NCBI GenBank assembly: GCA_964389545.1
Contig: CAYMDN010000004.1
Coordinates: 1-61,523 of the forward strand
Source of the DNA: an uncultured Clostridium sp.
Lineage (GTDB): Bacteria; Bacillota; Clostridia; TANB77; CAG-508
DNA: 61,523 nucleotides
Direction of reading: 5' to 3'
In this document: positions 19,955 through 30,931 of the stretch, piece by piece
Layout: each line of letters begins with the position of its first letter
Position numbering within the stretch: the stretch's first letter is position 1
The notes under the pieces: generated by a model
The model's input: only the letters and a program-made list of their open reading frames with translations
What the model was told of the DNA's origin: nothing
Databases searched by the model: none
Position numbers and translations under genes: made by a program

Positions 19955-20422
19955 TTATTTAATCAGTCCACCTGAACAATGAAGATTGTATATCAACTTA
20001 TCACCCTTATGTACCTGCTCGATTCCATTAAAATCTTCTATGGTGCCAATTGTATTAAATGTATAAATATATCCATTATTTTCAAACCTTTTTAATCCTC
20101 TAACTGGAATTGTATTTTCTTCCTCTCCAACTCTCATTAATGCAGGTCTTAAGGCTTTATCCATAGCTTCTTCACCGAGTGAATCATCAAGAGTTACACC
20201 ATGATAATTCATCCCCCATACAGGAATATTATCCACATATACAATTTCTTCTCCAATAAATTGAATTCCACCAAAATATGTATCGTGATAAGTCATGTTA
20301 CCCTTTTTATATTCATAATCTTTTGAGGCTGTTCTTGTTGAATTTACTACATTACTACTCGTTTCATCTGCATAAGTAGCCTTTTTTGCTTCAATTAGAA
20401 ACTTTATTATTTTATCATCCAT
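19955..20422 (-). CDS. DUF5680-like protein
   Basis: FLIEAKKATYA, YHDTYFGG..FIGEE, PVWGMNY, PVRG. Confidence 0.7.
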   Translation of the reverse strand: MDDKIIKFLIEAKKATYADETSSNVVNSTRTASKDYEYKKGNMTYHDTYFGGIQFIGEEIVYVDNIPVWGMNYHGVTLDDSLGEEAMDKALRPALMRVGEEENTIPVRGLKRFENNGYIYTFNTIGTIEDFNGIEQVHKGDKLIYNLHCSGGLIK

Positions 20423-20574
20423 CTTCTTTTCCCCTTTGAATTAGATTCTTCATTCTATATAGCAAGTAATAAATAAATCGTATTTTTTAGATTGTTTATT
20501 GAATATTATCAAACGTTCGTTCTTTTGTCAATTCAAATTCAAGATTTTTACAAAAAAGTATTGTTTGCAATATA

Positions 20575-22524
20575 TTAATTGTGCTTCCTTGGCAATTTGG
20601 GATGAATTATTAACGTCATGTTTGAGCCTTTTTCCTTTTCATATTCTATTCTTTTTACTATTGCTCTCAGAAATCTATTTTTTTCTGCAAAACTTTCTAA
20701 TTTATAATACAACTCCATTATATTTAAATTTTTATTCTCGTCTTCTTCACCACTTTTTTGTGTTTCTATATTAGTTTCCTCAAAATTTGACTCTAAATTA
20801 TTTTCTGTTTTCTTATCAGCTTCATCTATTGATTTGTTGAATGTTTTATTGTTATCATTTTTGTTGTCTTTCTGTGTGTATTGGCTTGTTTTGTCATTTT
20901 TTATATCTGATTTCTCATCTTTTTTGTGTTTAATTTCTATGTTGTCTTTTGTTCTTATTTTATTTTCTTTTTTTGTTGTTTTTACTGTATCATCATACAT
21001 TCTAGTATAATTGTCACATTTGTCTTCTTGTGAACTTTTAGTTGTTTTGTCATTTTTTGTATCATAATTTATAGATTTTTTGTGTTTCAATTTTGTATTA
21101 CTTTCTAAACTTACAACATTTTTGTTTTTAACTCTATTTGTTGTATTATCAAGTATTTTTGTGTCGTCGTTTTTGTTGTCTTGTTGTATATTTTTTGTTA
21201 TTTCATCTTTCAGTATTGAAATTTTATTCGTAGTTATTGCATATCTTTCTTTGTATATTATTTTGTCGTATGTTCCATCTTCGTAGCTTTCTATTATTAG
21301 TCTCAATCTGTTCTTTTCTTTATCTATAGCTCTGTATAGCATTTTTATTTTATCTATATTTTGTTGTCTTTTGTTCAACTTGCTTTTTTGTATTAGTTTT
21401 TCGCCATTTGTTTTGTATTCGCTAAACCAGTATTTTAGTGCATTTACTATTATTTTCTCTACTATCTTTAGCTTTGAACTTACATTGTTGCAGTTTTGGT
21501 GTATGCATTGTATTACATCTTCGTATCCTGTCTTATTGTATGGTCTTCTTTGCATATATGAACCGCATTTTTTGCACACTAAGATATGTGCTAATGGATT
21601 TTTTATACTATTATGCTTTTGAATGGGTACCACTTTACTATTTATTTTTATCTGAGCTAAATTCCATATTGTTTCATCTACTATTTTTGTATGTATTCCA
21701 TCTATTATTAATGGTTTATTATTTCTAGGTCTGCTTATACCAATTTCTTCTTCCTTTAAAAACTTTTTTTCTGCTCTATAATTCCATCTAATTTTTCCTA
21801 TGTATACTGGATTTCTTACAATTTCTTTTATTGAGCTTGAAGACCACAATTCACCTTTTCTCGGTGTAATACCAAATGCGTTTAATTCACTTGCTATTTT
21901 GTTATATCCTAAGTCATCATTTACAAACATCTCAAATATTTTTTTGACTATAATACCTTCTTCTATATTTTCTACTAAAGTAAAACCTTTATCATTTTCT
22001 ATTTTTACTCTATTATACCCATATGGCGGAATGCTCCCTACGTACTTTCCTTCTAAAATAGATGAACGTTTTCCTCTATTTAATCGTTTTTTTATAGTTT
22101 TTAACTCTTTACCAGAATTTGTAAGTTCATCTTCAAATGCTTCTTCATCTTTTTCATTAGATAAGTCATACACTTTGTCTGGAGTTATTACAAGAGTATT
22201 TGTATATTTAAAAATTTTTGCTATTCGTCCTTGGTCGATTTTGTCTCCTCTACTTAATCTTGAAATTTCTACAACCAATACTCCGCGATATTTGTTGTTT
22301 CTAACTTCTTTAATTAATGCTTGCATTTCTTTTCGCTCATTAATAGTTTCTCCACTTACAACTTCTTTATATATCTTAGTTACATTATATTTTTCTGTAA
22401 TACATAAATTATTTAAAATTTTCATATGCCTATCTAAAGTATCTAACTTTTTATTGTATTTTTCTAGTTCAATATCACTTCTAGATTTTCTTAAGTAAAT
22501 TGCATATTCCTCATTTATCATCAT
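20575..22524 (-). CDS. Large serine recombinase
   Basis: YAIYLRKSR catalytic motif, EVVSG, EISRLSRGD, PYGY, NPVYIG, Zn ribbon CKKCG..C...C, coiled coil. Confidence 0.95.
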   Translation of the reverse strand: MMINEEYAIYLRKSRSDIELEKYNKKLDTLDRHMKILNNLCITEKYNVTKIYKEVVSGETINERKEMQALIKEVRNNKYRGVLVVEISRLSRGDKIDQGRIAKIFKYTNTLVITPDKVYDLSNEKDEEAFEDELTNSGKELKTIKKRLNRGKRSSILEGKYVGSIPPYGYNRVKIENDKGFTLVENIEEGIIVKKIFEMFVNDDLGYNKIASELNAFGITPRKGELWSSSSIKEIVRNPVYIGKIRWNYRAEKKFLKEEEIGISRPRNNKPLIIDGIHTKIVDETIWNLAQIKINSKVVPIQKHNSIKNPLAHILVCKKCGSYMQRRPYNKTGYEDVIQCIHQNCNNVSSKLKIVEKIIVNALKYWFSEYKTNGEKLIQKSKLNKRQQNIDKIKMLYRAIDKEKNRLRLIIESYEDGTYDKIIYKERYAITTNKISILKDEITKNIQQDNKNDDTKILDNTTNRVKNKNVVSLESNTKLKHKKSINYDTKNDKTTKSSQEDKCDNYTRMYDDTVKTTKKENKIRTKDNIEIKHKKDEKSDIKNDKTSQYTQKDNKNDNNKTFNKSIDEADKKTENNLESNFEETNIETQKSGEEDENKNLNIMELYYKLESFAEKNRFLRAIVKRIEYEKEKGSNMTLIIHPKLPRKHN

Positions 22525-22645
22525 TTTCCATTTTACTTATAATATCTACTAGTATTTCTTCTAAATCTTTTGAGTTATTTTCCTCAATACTATCCTCTGC
22601 AAATCTAACTAAAACTCCATCAATTATTAATTCATTATCCTGCAT
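22511..22645 (-). CDS. Small acidic protein (44 aa) overlapping the recombinase start
   Basis: AAGGGGGTG RBS; MQDNELIIDGVLVRFAEDSIEENNSKDLEEILVDIISKMENDDK; stop overlaps the recombinase 5' end. Confidence 0.65.
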   Translation of the reverse strand: MQDNELIIDGVLVRFAEDSIEENNSKDLEEILVDIISKMENDDK

Positions 22646-22663
22646 ATATACACCCCCTTATAG

Positions 22664-22693
22664 AGTGTATGCTTATATATTAAAAAATTGATA
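22664..22693 (-). promoter_or_regulatory. SigmaE-like (mother-cell) promoter of the recombinase operon
   Basis: -10 CATACACT at 22671-22664 matches the CATACAHT consensus; weak -35 candidate TCAATTT. Confidence 0.55.
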
Positions 22694-22717
22694 GTCAATT
22701 ATTTTGACTATCAATTT
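22684..22717 (-). terminator. Terminator insulating the recombinase from the upstream giant gene
   Basis: aaattgatagtcaa-ttatt-ttgactatcaattt. Confidence 0.75.
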
Positions 22718-22722
22718 AATTT

Positions 22723-25700
22723 TTATTTAATTATTATACTTTGTTCATCACTACCTATAAATGTTACATCATCATACAGTTTAAACATAACTCTGTATGT
22801 ACCTGTTATTAAGTTCGGATTTAGTTTTAAAACAATCGCTTGATTATCCTGTGCCGTTTCGGTAAATAAATATTCATATTCTACATCTGTAGGTGTTAAC
22901 GCCTCTTTAACATATCCTGATAAATCTACTGGATGATAAATTGTACTATATTCTGTCGAATAATCTCTTCTGTTTAAAGTAATGTATATCTTAGGATTTT
23001 TTAAGTTTCCAAAATATGTTACATTAAATCTTATTGCATTTGTACCATTTTGATTTATTCCAGTATCTTTGTCAATTAATATAGCTTTATCATCTGCTTC
23101 AACTTTTAATCCATATACTGAATTTATTAATTGAATATCTAAACTATCTGTTGCTATTGATGTTGAATAGTTTATACCATCAAATGAACCGAATGTTTCA
23201 AATACTAATGTATAATTCTTAGTCTCTAAGTTAGAATTTGTTGTATTAAATACTAAATTTTTATTAACATTTGCAACCGCATCTGAAAGTCTAACTCTGT
23301 AAGTACCATCTTGTCTTGCATAATATCTAACTCCACCACATTCTATAAAGAAACCAGTTAAGTCTACAGAACCTAATTGCTCGCTACCATCAAGAACCGA
23401 TACTTTAACACCCATTTGGTCATCAAAGTTTCGTGTATCATATACAGTTTCCGCATTTACTGTTTGATATAAATATGTTGTATCTATATTTACATTAAAT
23501 GATTCTCCGATATATGCATATGTTCTATTTGAACTTGCTTTAGCATTTTTGGTTGCTTCTTGGTCACTAAATACATTAAATAGCATTGGATATTGGTCTC
23601 TATTTACTGTTAGTGCCATAGAATTGTCTTCTGCATTTCTCAATTGAACTATCATGTTTTGATTATCTATAGTTCTACCTAATCGTGCATTGCCAAAGTC
23701 TACATGAAAAATAAATTCTTCATAGACGATATCTACACCTTCATCATAATAGGTTTCATCTGCACTATATTGTTCTTCTGTACTTCCCATTACTTTAAAA
23801 TCTGTAAATTTAAATTCTTGTCTTCTATTTCTTTCATCATCAGGTGTTGTTATATAGTAATAGTATTTTACTTGGTCTTTAGATCTGTCAACCATTGTAA
23901 TTTTTGTATCTGCTGGTAATACTGCAGATAACATTAGCCAATGTTCATATCCTTTAAAGTCATCTTTGTATTTTCCTTCTTCAACACTTTTTGAGTAATT
24001 ACCCAAATATAATGAGTAGTATGCTGAAAATACACTATTACTTGTTATACTTGTATTTGTTGTTGGGAACATTGTGTATTTTTTACCTGGTGAAACTGTT
24101 CCTTCGTAATAATCATTTGCAAGTGAAGCTGTATTATTTGTAGATAAATCTAACATAATAAATACATTTTTCATAATAAGTTCTTGTTCACCTGGTGATT
24201 CTTCTGAATCTATTAAGTATGTTGCTTCTAATCTTATAGCAACACTTCCCAATAATTTATTTTCTGAAATATTCTTTGAATGTCCTAAATTTAATGTTAG
24301 TGCTGGTGTTGCATTAGAATTATCACTTTGATATTGTGTAGCTCCTTTATATGTTCCAAATTCAGTGTTTCCACTTCTTAAGAATTCTGTTGAACTTCTA
24401 CTTGCCCATCCAACATTTCCTGCTGACATTGTTAATGCAAATACATTGTTTGCTATATTAGGGTCAGCTTCCAAGTTTGATATATCACTTTCTTCTTTAA
24501 ATATAACACCATCTGCTAAATCTGATGTATCTATTGATACAACTTTCATTAACATATTTGCAGTATTTAACCCATCAAGGTTAATAGACACTGCTGATGT
24601 TGTATTATATTTTGTAGCAATTAACTCTGTACCTTCAAAGTAAATGTTCTCAGAATTATCTCCTACTATCCATTGGTAATACTCTCCAACTTCTGGTGTA
24701 GGAATTATATATTTTGTTATAACAGTTCCTTCTTCATCATAATTTGTGTAAAATCCATCAACCTCTATATTATGTGACTCATAATGTTTACCTTGTACAA
24801 ACGAGTTTCTTATAAATTCATCTTCTATTTCAAGTACAGGTGTTGCATCGCCATGATTAACACTTGCAGCATACATACCAAAAGTTCTGCCTTCGTTTAC
24901 TTTACCTCTGTACATACCAACAAATGTCATTCCATGAATTTCTCCATAGGTTCCTGCTTCTGTTGTTACTAATAAGTTTTTACCTTGTAACATATATATT
25001 CTGTTATCAACATTTCTATCTATTACACCTTCTGCTGTAATAGTTACTCTTGCAGAATTACCTTCTGCATCTTGGCTATATAATGATTCTAAAATATTTG
25101 CTCCACTATTTAAAAATAAAGTAGTATTATTTTTTATAACTAATTGTTTTATTCTGTTAAATGTATATAATGCATTTGAAATTTCATTTGTTCTATCTGT
25201 TGCTCCTGCAAGTGTTATTCTACAATTATCCAGAGTAACAACTGTAGCTCTTTGAATAGAAACATTTTCTTTAGATTGTGATGAAGCTCCATAATTTTTA
25301 ATATTAATATATCCTTCACCTGTCATTGTTGCAGCATTTCCTGCTCCAAATATACTCTTACCTAGGTCAAATGTATATGTGCCATCATCATAACCTTCTC
25401 CATCTATATTTACATATGTATTTCCTATAACTGATTCGAATGTGAAGTCATAATCGTCAGAACCTGCTGTATTTGCTCTTCCTCCACCAAATACTGTTCC
25501 ACCTATTTTTATGTTTCCTTTAATTAATCCTTCATGTTCAACAACATGCTCTCCTATATTCATATGTGTTACGCCATAAACTTGAGATGTGTTTGCTGCC
25601 CCATATACGTCTCCACCAATTTCTGCTCCCATAATATCAACCATAACTGTTGAATTATTTACATCACTACCTGTCATTGCAGCATTTCCACCACCAAATA

Positions 25701-28700
25701 CATCTTTACCTATTGTAGTATTACCTTCAATTATTGTCGTGTTGTCTCCACCAACTGTTGCTGCAGCACCATTACCACCACCATACACACTACCTGTTAT
25801 ATGACAATTTGTAATTCTTAAGTTTGTGCTATTAACTGTTGGTGCAAAGTTACCACCACTATATATATTATCTGAATTAGAATTTGTTACTATTAATTCT
25901 GACTCTATTGTATTTCCACCAGCATTGTTACCACCAAATACCTCTCCGGCTGTTCCCGAGTTTATTGAAACATATGAACTTGCAACAGTACCTGTCATAT
26001 TTGATCCACCATAAATATTGTCTGTACTAGCATTAGAAAAAGTAACACTTGTCATTGTTGCATCTGCTGAATTTCCTCCACCAAATACATTTGTATAGGT
26101 TCCACCTTCTATAACAACATTTGTTGCATCTGTAGCAGCTTCAAATCCACCACCGTATACACTACCAAATGTACCTGTTGTTATAAATACATTTGCTGTA
26201 TTGGTTTTTCCACCTTCGTTATTACCACCATATAAGCTATCTACTGTACCAGATTCTACATATACATGGCTAGACGTAACTATACCATCTTGGTCAGATC
26301 CACCAAATAATTTGCCTACTTTTCCGCCTTGTAGATAAATTGCTCTTGTTACATCTGTAGAAGATGAATTTGATAATAAACTTGCTACTTTACCTCCACA
26401 AAATGCACTACCAACATCTGCTTTATCTTTAATGTATACATATACACCTGGTATATTTGCTGTAATATCTGCTTTGTTTCCTCCACCATATACACCATTC
26501 AAAATTGTACTTAAAGTTCCACCTATTGTTACATTAATTGCTCCTGATGTTACACCTTTAATATCGTTTCCACCAAATACCGTTCCATTCGGTGAATTTA
26601 CACCATCTACATTTATAGTTGCACTTCCTGCAATATTTGCTGATATCTGGCTTGTTCCTTTTCCACCTGCAAAAATATTTCCACTAAGCGCTATTGTATT
26701 AGAGTTATCAGCTGAGCCTAAAATATTTACAAGAACATTACCTTTCATTGAGCCTTGTTCACTACCGCCATAAATGCTACCATGTGCTATAACACTACCT
26801 GTTACATCTGTTATAGTAATTATAGTATCTCCCGTTATAACTGTGTCTTGTCCATATCCCCCACCAAATAATACTGGATTATCGGATGTATTTGACTCTA
26901 CTCCAAGACTTCCACCAGAAATATTAATTGTTGAAGTTGTAGATATTGTGCCTTTTGTATTTGAGCCACCATATATAGTACCTTTAACAGCTCCTGCACT
27001 CATGTTTATATTTGTTGAACCATAAATATTAGTTTGGTATGAACCTCCATAAACATTTCCATCTATTGTACCACCTAAAATATCAATTTTAGCTGTTGCT
27101 GTTGTTTTGTTTCTATCTCCAACTATACCATAGTTTCCACCGCCATATACACTGTTTAATATATGTGCATTATCTGCAATTATTATATGTGCATTATCAA
27201 CTTGTCCAGAGTTTGGTGCCTCACTATTTCCATTTCCTGCGCCAAATACAGAACCTGCTGAAACTCCATAAAGTGTTTGTCCTAAAGTATCAGATGTTCC
27301 TACTTTTGCATTACCACCTACATATACTAAAGTTTCACCATTTGCAATTTTACCACTTTGCTCTTGATCACCTTCATATGAAGCTTCTCCATTTGAACCA
27401 CCACTAATACTATATCTAATAGTTCCACCTGTAATTTGTAATATTCTTGAACCATATGTTGTAGATTTACCAGCTCCACCAACTATATTATAAATTTCTC
27501 CACCTTTTACATATAATTTTGTATAAATATCTGTTAAACCTGAATATACTTTTAATCCACAATTAATATTGGCAATTTTTCCACCTTCTACTATCATATA
27601 TCTATCACTTATATCATGTGTTGTGGAAGATGCGAGGTCTCCATATCCACCTATATATATACCAGCAGTATATTTTTGATCTTCATTTCCATTGTCAAAA
27701 TAATCTACTCCAAATTTTCCACTTTTTACATTAATTAAATATGCCATTTTTCTTTTATCTGGTTGTCCATTTAAGCCTAATCCAGAAGTAATTGTAGTTC
27801 TGTAATATACAGATAAATTATCATTATTATTTAAGACTCTATCTACATCGCTACCTAATGTTAGATATACTGTTCCATAATAATTATTTGTTTTTCCATT
27901 TTCATTTCCTTTTCCATTTCCACGTGCATGCCATCCTAATATTGTTGAATATCTTCCAGATTCTACTACTAATTTATACTCATTATTACTATCTGATGCG
28001 CTTCCAACGTTGTTATTACTTGTAGGTTCAAATCCTCCAATCACACCACTGGCTACTGCGTCATCATATCCACCTGAAACAGTTCTTATCCCTCTACCAA
28101 TTCTTAAATTATGTGTTCTTCCAAAAATCCTTGGAAAATTTTCATATACAGTTGTTCCATCTGAAGCTGACGATACATATCCTCCAGATACATTAATCTT
28201 TAAATATTCTAATTGTAAATCTGCATATGCTATAATATCTTGATATGCATTTTGTGTTAAATCCATTATTGCTTGTTCTCTATAATCTGTATGATTATAT
28301 AAACTTGTTATCGTCACAGCAACGTTGTTAAGTATACTTTGGCTATATGATGTATTATCTCCTAAAATTCCTTTTTCTCTTTTATTTTCTTCGTGTTCAT
28401 TTTCAATTGTGTATTGTACAAAATAAATTTTTGTTCCTGAACTTGATGCAGTCCAATTGCCACTATATTTTACATAACGATTTCCGTCACGAAGTTTTTC
28501 ATCCACAAACTCCCAGTTATAAGGATCTCCTAAACGTAAATTGTTTCCACTTCTTCTTAGATGTACACCACTACCAACATTTTTTAAAGTATACCCTCCA
28601 CTACTTGCTTTAATTTCCCATAATGCTGTATCTGGTGGTTTTATATTATCTGTTAATGTTGTATCCATTATAGCCGTTCCTGCTGTATCTGTGCATAATA

Positions 28701-30219
28701 CATTTGCTCCAGTTCCAGGTTCTGTAGCAATCATATAAATTCCTTCTGTAATATCTTCTGTTGGATAATATGTTACATCTCCAAATACACCACTTTCATA
28801 TGTTATTGGTGTTGAATAGTTTGGTGATGTTTCACTGTTACCTGTTAGTACTATTATATTCTTTTCTCTATTCGATATTTCTTTTGTATTTTCTTTTACG
28901 TATTCAAACGCTTTCCCCCACGATCCAAACGGTTTTTCTGGTGTTAATCCATCATTTACATTGTCATTTCCTGTTTCTGGATTTAGGTATACAACTGTAG
29001 CTGTTGCCCAATTTGTGTATATATTTATTGTCATACTAGACGAACCTGTTATAGATAATGTTTGAGTTTTTGTTTTTGAATCTGTTGTAATTGAGCCTGA
29101 AGATGTTGTCCAACCTCCAAATCCATATCCTGTTGGTCTATCTATAAATGGATTATCTATTAATTCTATTGAAATATTTCCATTTATGATAGGAACTGTT
29201 TTATGATATGATATTACATTATATTTTTCTTCTAATGAAACAAATCCAACTCTATCTGGATCTGTTTCTCCACTTTTGTATCCATGATAGTTTATTATAA
29301 CATCTGCAAAGTTTACATATGTTTCGCTATTTACTCCGCTTATATCATCTGTATAATTTTTACCATTCCAGTATGCTTTATCTGATGCTGAATCGTCTAT
29401 CGTTAATATGCTTTCGCTAAGTATTGCATATGCTTGTGCTGTTCCTTCTGTATCTTCTATTGCAAATACGGAGAAACCATTTGTTCTAAATACAATTGAC
29501 GAATCTTCTGAATATGAGTCCATTTCTTTTACTTGATTGTTTTCGTTAATATGCCATACATTTCCGTCATCAGTATCATGTTGTTCTACAGATACATTTT
29601 TTATTTTTACATCTACATATTCTCCAAACTCATATGGTTCATATATATCATCATTTGCACGAATTTTTATATCTAATGCTGCTGAAATTACTATCGGCTC
29701 TCCTGTTTTATTTCTTATTAATTCCTCTGTTGATTCTACATCTACACCAGATAATTCTGTTTCAGAATTTTTAGGTAGATACCCAGAAATCGTTACCTCA
29801 TATTGATTTGCTGATCCTGATATTATTTGATTATATAAAACTCTTCCATCTACATTTTTTGTATCATATGTAGCTGAGTAGTATATTGTTCCATTTGTTA
29901 CTTGTTCATCTGTTAAATATATTTTTTCGTTCGGTATGATATCATCGTTATAATGGTCTATTCTATAATTTTCTATATATTCTGGGAGTACAATACAAAA
30001 GGCTGATTCTCCTTCTTCTTGTATAGCTTCTAAAGCAAGTGTTATATCCGAATCTTCTAAATATACGGCATCTGTAATTACAACATCAATATTTGTGGTT
30101 ACACGTGCTTTAGAAAAGTTAGATAGCTTATATATTAGCACTATTATTGCTGTTAACATTAATAGTAAAGATATGTTTAAAATTCTTCTTTTAAATTTTT
30201 TACTATACTTCTTCGACAT
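22723..30219 (-). CDS. Giant (2498 aa) secreted or membrane-anchored protein with Gly-rich VYGG/VFGG repeats, adhesin-like
   Basis: Basic N-terminus plus hydrophobic helix; numerous (V/I)(Y/F)GG repeats in the central part; beta-rich composition. Confidence 0.75.
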   Translation of the reverse strand: MSKKYSKKFKRRILNISLLLMLTAIIVLIYKLSNFSKARVTTNIDVVITDAVYLEDSDITLALEAIQEEGESAFCIVLPEYIENYRIDHYNDDIIPNEKIYLTDEQVTNGTIYYSATYDTKNVDGRVLYNQIISGSANQYEVTISGYLPKNSETELSGVDVESTEELIRNKTGEPIVISAALDIKIRANDDIYEPYEFGEYVDVKIKNVSVEQHDTDDGNVWHINENNQVKEMDSYSEDSSIVFRTNGFSVFAIEDTEGTAQAYAILSESILTIDDSASDKAYWNGKNYTDDISGVNSETYVNFADVIINYHGYKSGETDPDRVGFVSLEEKYNVISYHKTVPIINGNISIELIDNPFIDRPTGYGFGGWTTSSGSITTDSKTKTQTLSITGSSSMTINIYTNWATATVVYLNPETGNDNVNDGLTPEKPFGSWGKAFEYVKENTKEISNREKNIIVLTGNSETSPNYSTPITYESGVFGDVTYYPTEDITEGIYMIATEPGTGANVLCTDTAGTAIMDTTLTDNIKPPDTALWEIKASSGGYTLKNVGSGVHLRRSGNNLRLGDPYNWEFVDEKLRDGNRYVKYSGNWTASSSGTKIYFVQYTIENEHEENKREKGILGDNTSYSQSILNNVAVTITSLYNHTDYREQAIMDLTQNAYQDIIAYADLQLEYLKINVSGGYVSSASDGTTVYENFPRIFGRTHNLRIGRGIRTVSGGYDDAVASGVIGGFEPTSNNNVGSASDSNNEYKLVVESGRYSTILGWHARGNGKGNENGKTNNYYGTVYLTLGSDVDRVLNNNDNLSVYYRTTITSGLGLNGQPDKRKMAYLINVKSGKFGVDYFDNGNEDQKYTAGIYIGGYGDLASSTTHDISDRYMIVEGGKIANINCGLKVYSGLTDIYTKLYVKGGEIYNIVGGAGKSTTYGSRILQITGGTIRYSISGGSNGEASYEGDQEQSGKIANGETLVYVGGNAKVGTSDTLGQTLYGVSAGSVFGAGNGNSEAPNSGQVDNAHIIIADNAHILNSVYGGGNYGIVGDRNKTTATAKIDILGGTIDGNVYGGSYQTNIYGSTNINMSAGAVKGTIYGGSNTKGTISTTSTINISGGSLGVESNTSDNPVLFGGGYGQDTVITGDTIITITDVTGSVIAHGSIYGGSEQGSMKGNVLVNILGSADNSNTIALSGNIFAGGKGTSQISANIAGSATINVDGVNSPNGTVFGGNDIKGVTSGAINVTIGGTLSTILNGVYGGGNKADITANIPGVYVYIKDKADVGSAFCGGKVASLLSNSSSTDVTRAIYLQGGKVGKLFGGSDQDGIVTSSHVYVESGTVDSLYGGNNEGGKTNTANVFITTGTFGSVYGGGFEAATDATNVVIEGGTYTNVFGGGNSADATMTSVTFSNASTDNIYGGSNMTGTVASSYVSINSGTAGEVFGGNNAGGNTIESELIVTNSNSDNIYSGGNFAPTVNSTNLRITNCHITGSVYGGGNGAAATVGGDNTTIIEGNTTIGKDVFGGGNAAMTGSDVNNSTVMVDIMGAEIGGDVYGAANTSQVYGVTHMNIGEHVVEHEGLIKGNIKIGGTVFGGGRANTAGSDDYDFTFESVIGNTYVNIDGEGYDDGTYTFDLGKSIFGAGNAATMTGEGYINIKNYGASSQSKENVSIQRATVVTLDNCRITLAGATDRTNEISNALYTFNRIKQLVIKNNTTLFLNSGANILESLYSQDAEGNSARVTITAEGVIDRNVDNRIYMLQGKNLLVTTEAGTYGEIHGMTFVGMYRGKVNEGRTFGMYAASVNHGDATPVLEIEDEFIRNSFVQGKHYESHNIEVDGFYTNYDEEGTVITKYIIPTPEVGEYYQWIVGDNSENIYFEGTELIATKYNTTSAVSINLDGLNTANMLMKVVSIDTSDLADGVIFKEESDISNLEADPNIANNVFALTMSAGNVGWASRSSTEFLRSGNTEFGTYKGATQYQSDNSNATPALTLNLGHSKNISENKLLGSVAIRLEATYLIDSEESPGEQELIMKNVFIMLDLSTNNTASLANDYYEGTVSPGKKYTMFPTTNTSITSNSVFSAYYSLYLGNYSKSVEEGKYKDDFKGYEHWLMLSAVLPADTKITMVDRSKDQVKYYYYITTPDDERNRRQEFKFTDFKVMGSTEEQYSADETYYDEGVDIVYEEFIFHVDFGNARLGRTIDNQNMIVQLRNAEDNSMALTVNRDQYPMLFNVFSDQEATKNAKASSNRTYAYIGESFNVNIDTTYLYQTVNAETVYDTRNFDDQMGVKVSVLDGSEQLGSVDLTGFFIECGGVRYYARQDGTYRVRLSDAVANVNKNLVFNTTNSNLETKNYTLVFETFGSFDGINYSTSIATDSLDIQLINSVYGLKVEADDKAILIDKDTGINQNGTNAIRFNVTYFGNLKNPKIYITLNRRDYSTEYSTIYHPVDLSGYVKEALTPTDVEYEYLFTETAQDNQAIVLKLNPNLITGTYRVMFKLYDDVTFIGSDEQSIIIK

Positions 30220-30709
30220 TGCTTGTCTCCTCCGTACTTTTTATTTTTATTTTTTGTGAATTACTAACATCTTTTTCTACAATTGTATTTATTCTTGTTT
30301 GGTGTCCTGTATTTAAGCTTTGTATTTTTGCTGTTGTAGTTTCTATAATTTCATTTTCTTCATTATAAAGTTCTATTATAATATCATGATTAACTAGTTT
30401 TTCTCCATTATTTTTTATATCTAAACTAATAATGGTTTTATGTGAATTCTCATCATACGTCGTTTTTGCTTTTATTAAAACTAATGTGGATTCTCCTATA
30501 GGTTCTATTTGTAAGTCATTTTGCTTTACAGAAAGTCCTGTATCTTGTTCTATAATATTTGATTCGTTTTTTTTACTTTTATTTCTTGATATTATTGCTG
30601 AAATTCCTAAAATCAAAATAATCAAAAATATAATTGTTCTTCTTTTGTTTCTACCTGCTCTTCTGCCTTTTCTTGAGTATTTTTTGTATGGTTGATTGTT
30701 CTTTGCCAA
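30203..30709 (-). CDS. Membrane-anchored protein with an Ig-like (FxLYD-type) domain
   Basis: Basic N-terminus, one TM helix, IKNNG..IIELYNEE; overlaps the giant gene start. Confidence 0.6.
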   Translation of the reverse strand: MAKNNQPYKKYSRKGRRAGRNKRRTIIFLIILILGISAIISRNKSKKNESNIIEQDTGLSVKQNDLQIEPIGESTLVLIKAKTTYDENSHKTIISLDIKNNGEKLVNHDIIIELYNEENEIIETTTAKIQSLNTGHQTRINTIVEKDVSNSQKIKIKSTEETSNVEEV

Positions 30710-30931
30710 CTGTTTCCCTCCAATTATTTTTTTGACATAATACTCTATATTTTGTAGTATATCATATTAAATACGATTTTTCTATAAATTAATATTACGT
30801 TTCAATTACTTTTATATTGCAGTTTTATTACATTTTAAAATTGCATTGTTTTTTGTATTTTTTATATTGAAAATAATTTTTTTTTATATTATAATTTTTT
30901 TAATGAATTTTCATTTTAAGAGGAGAAGATT

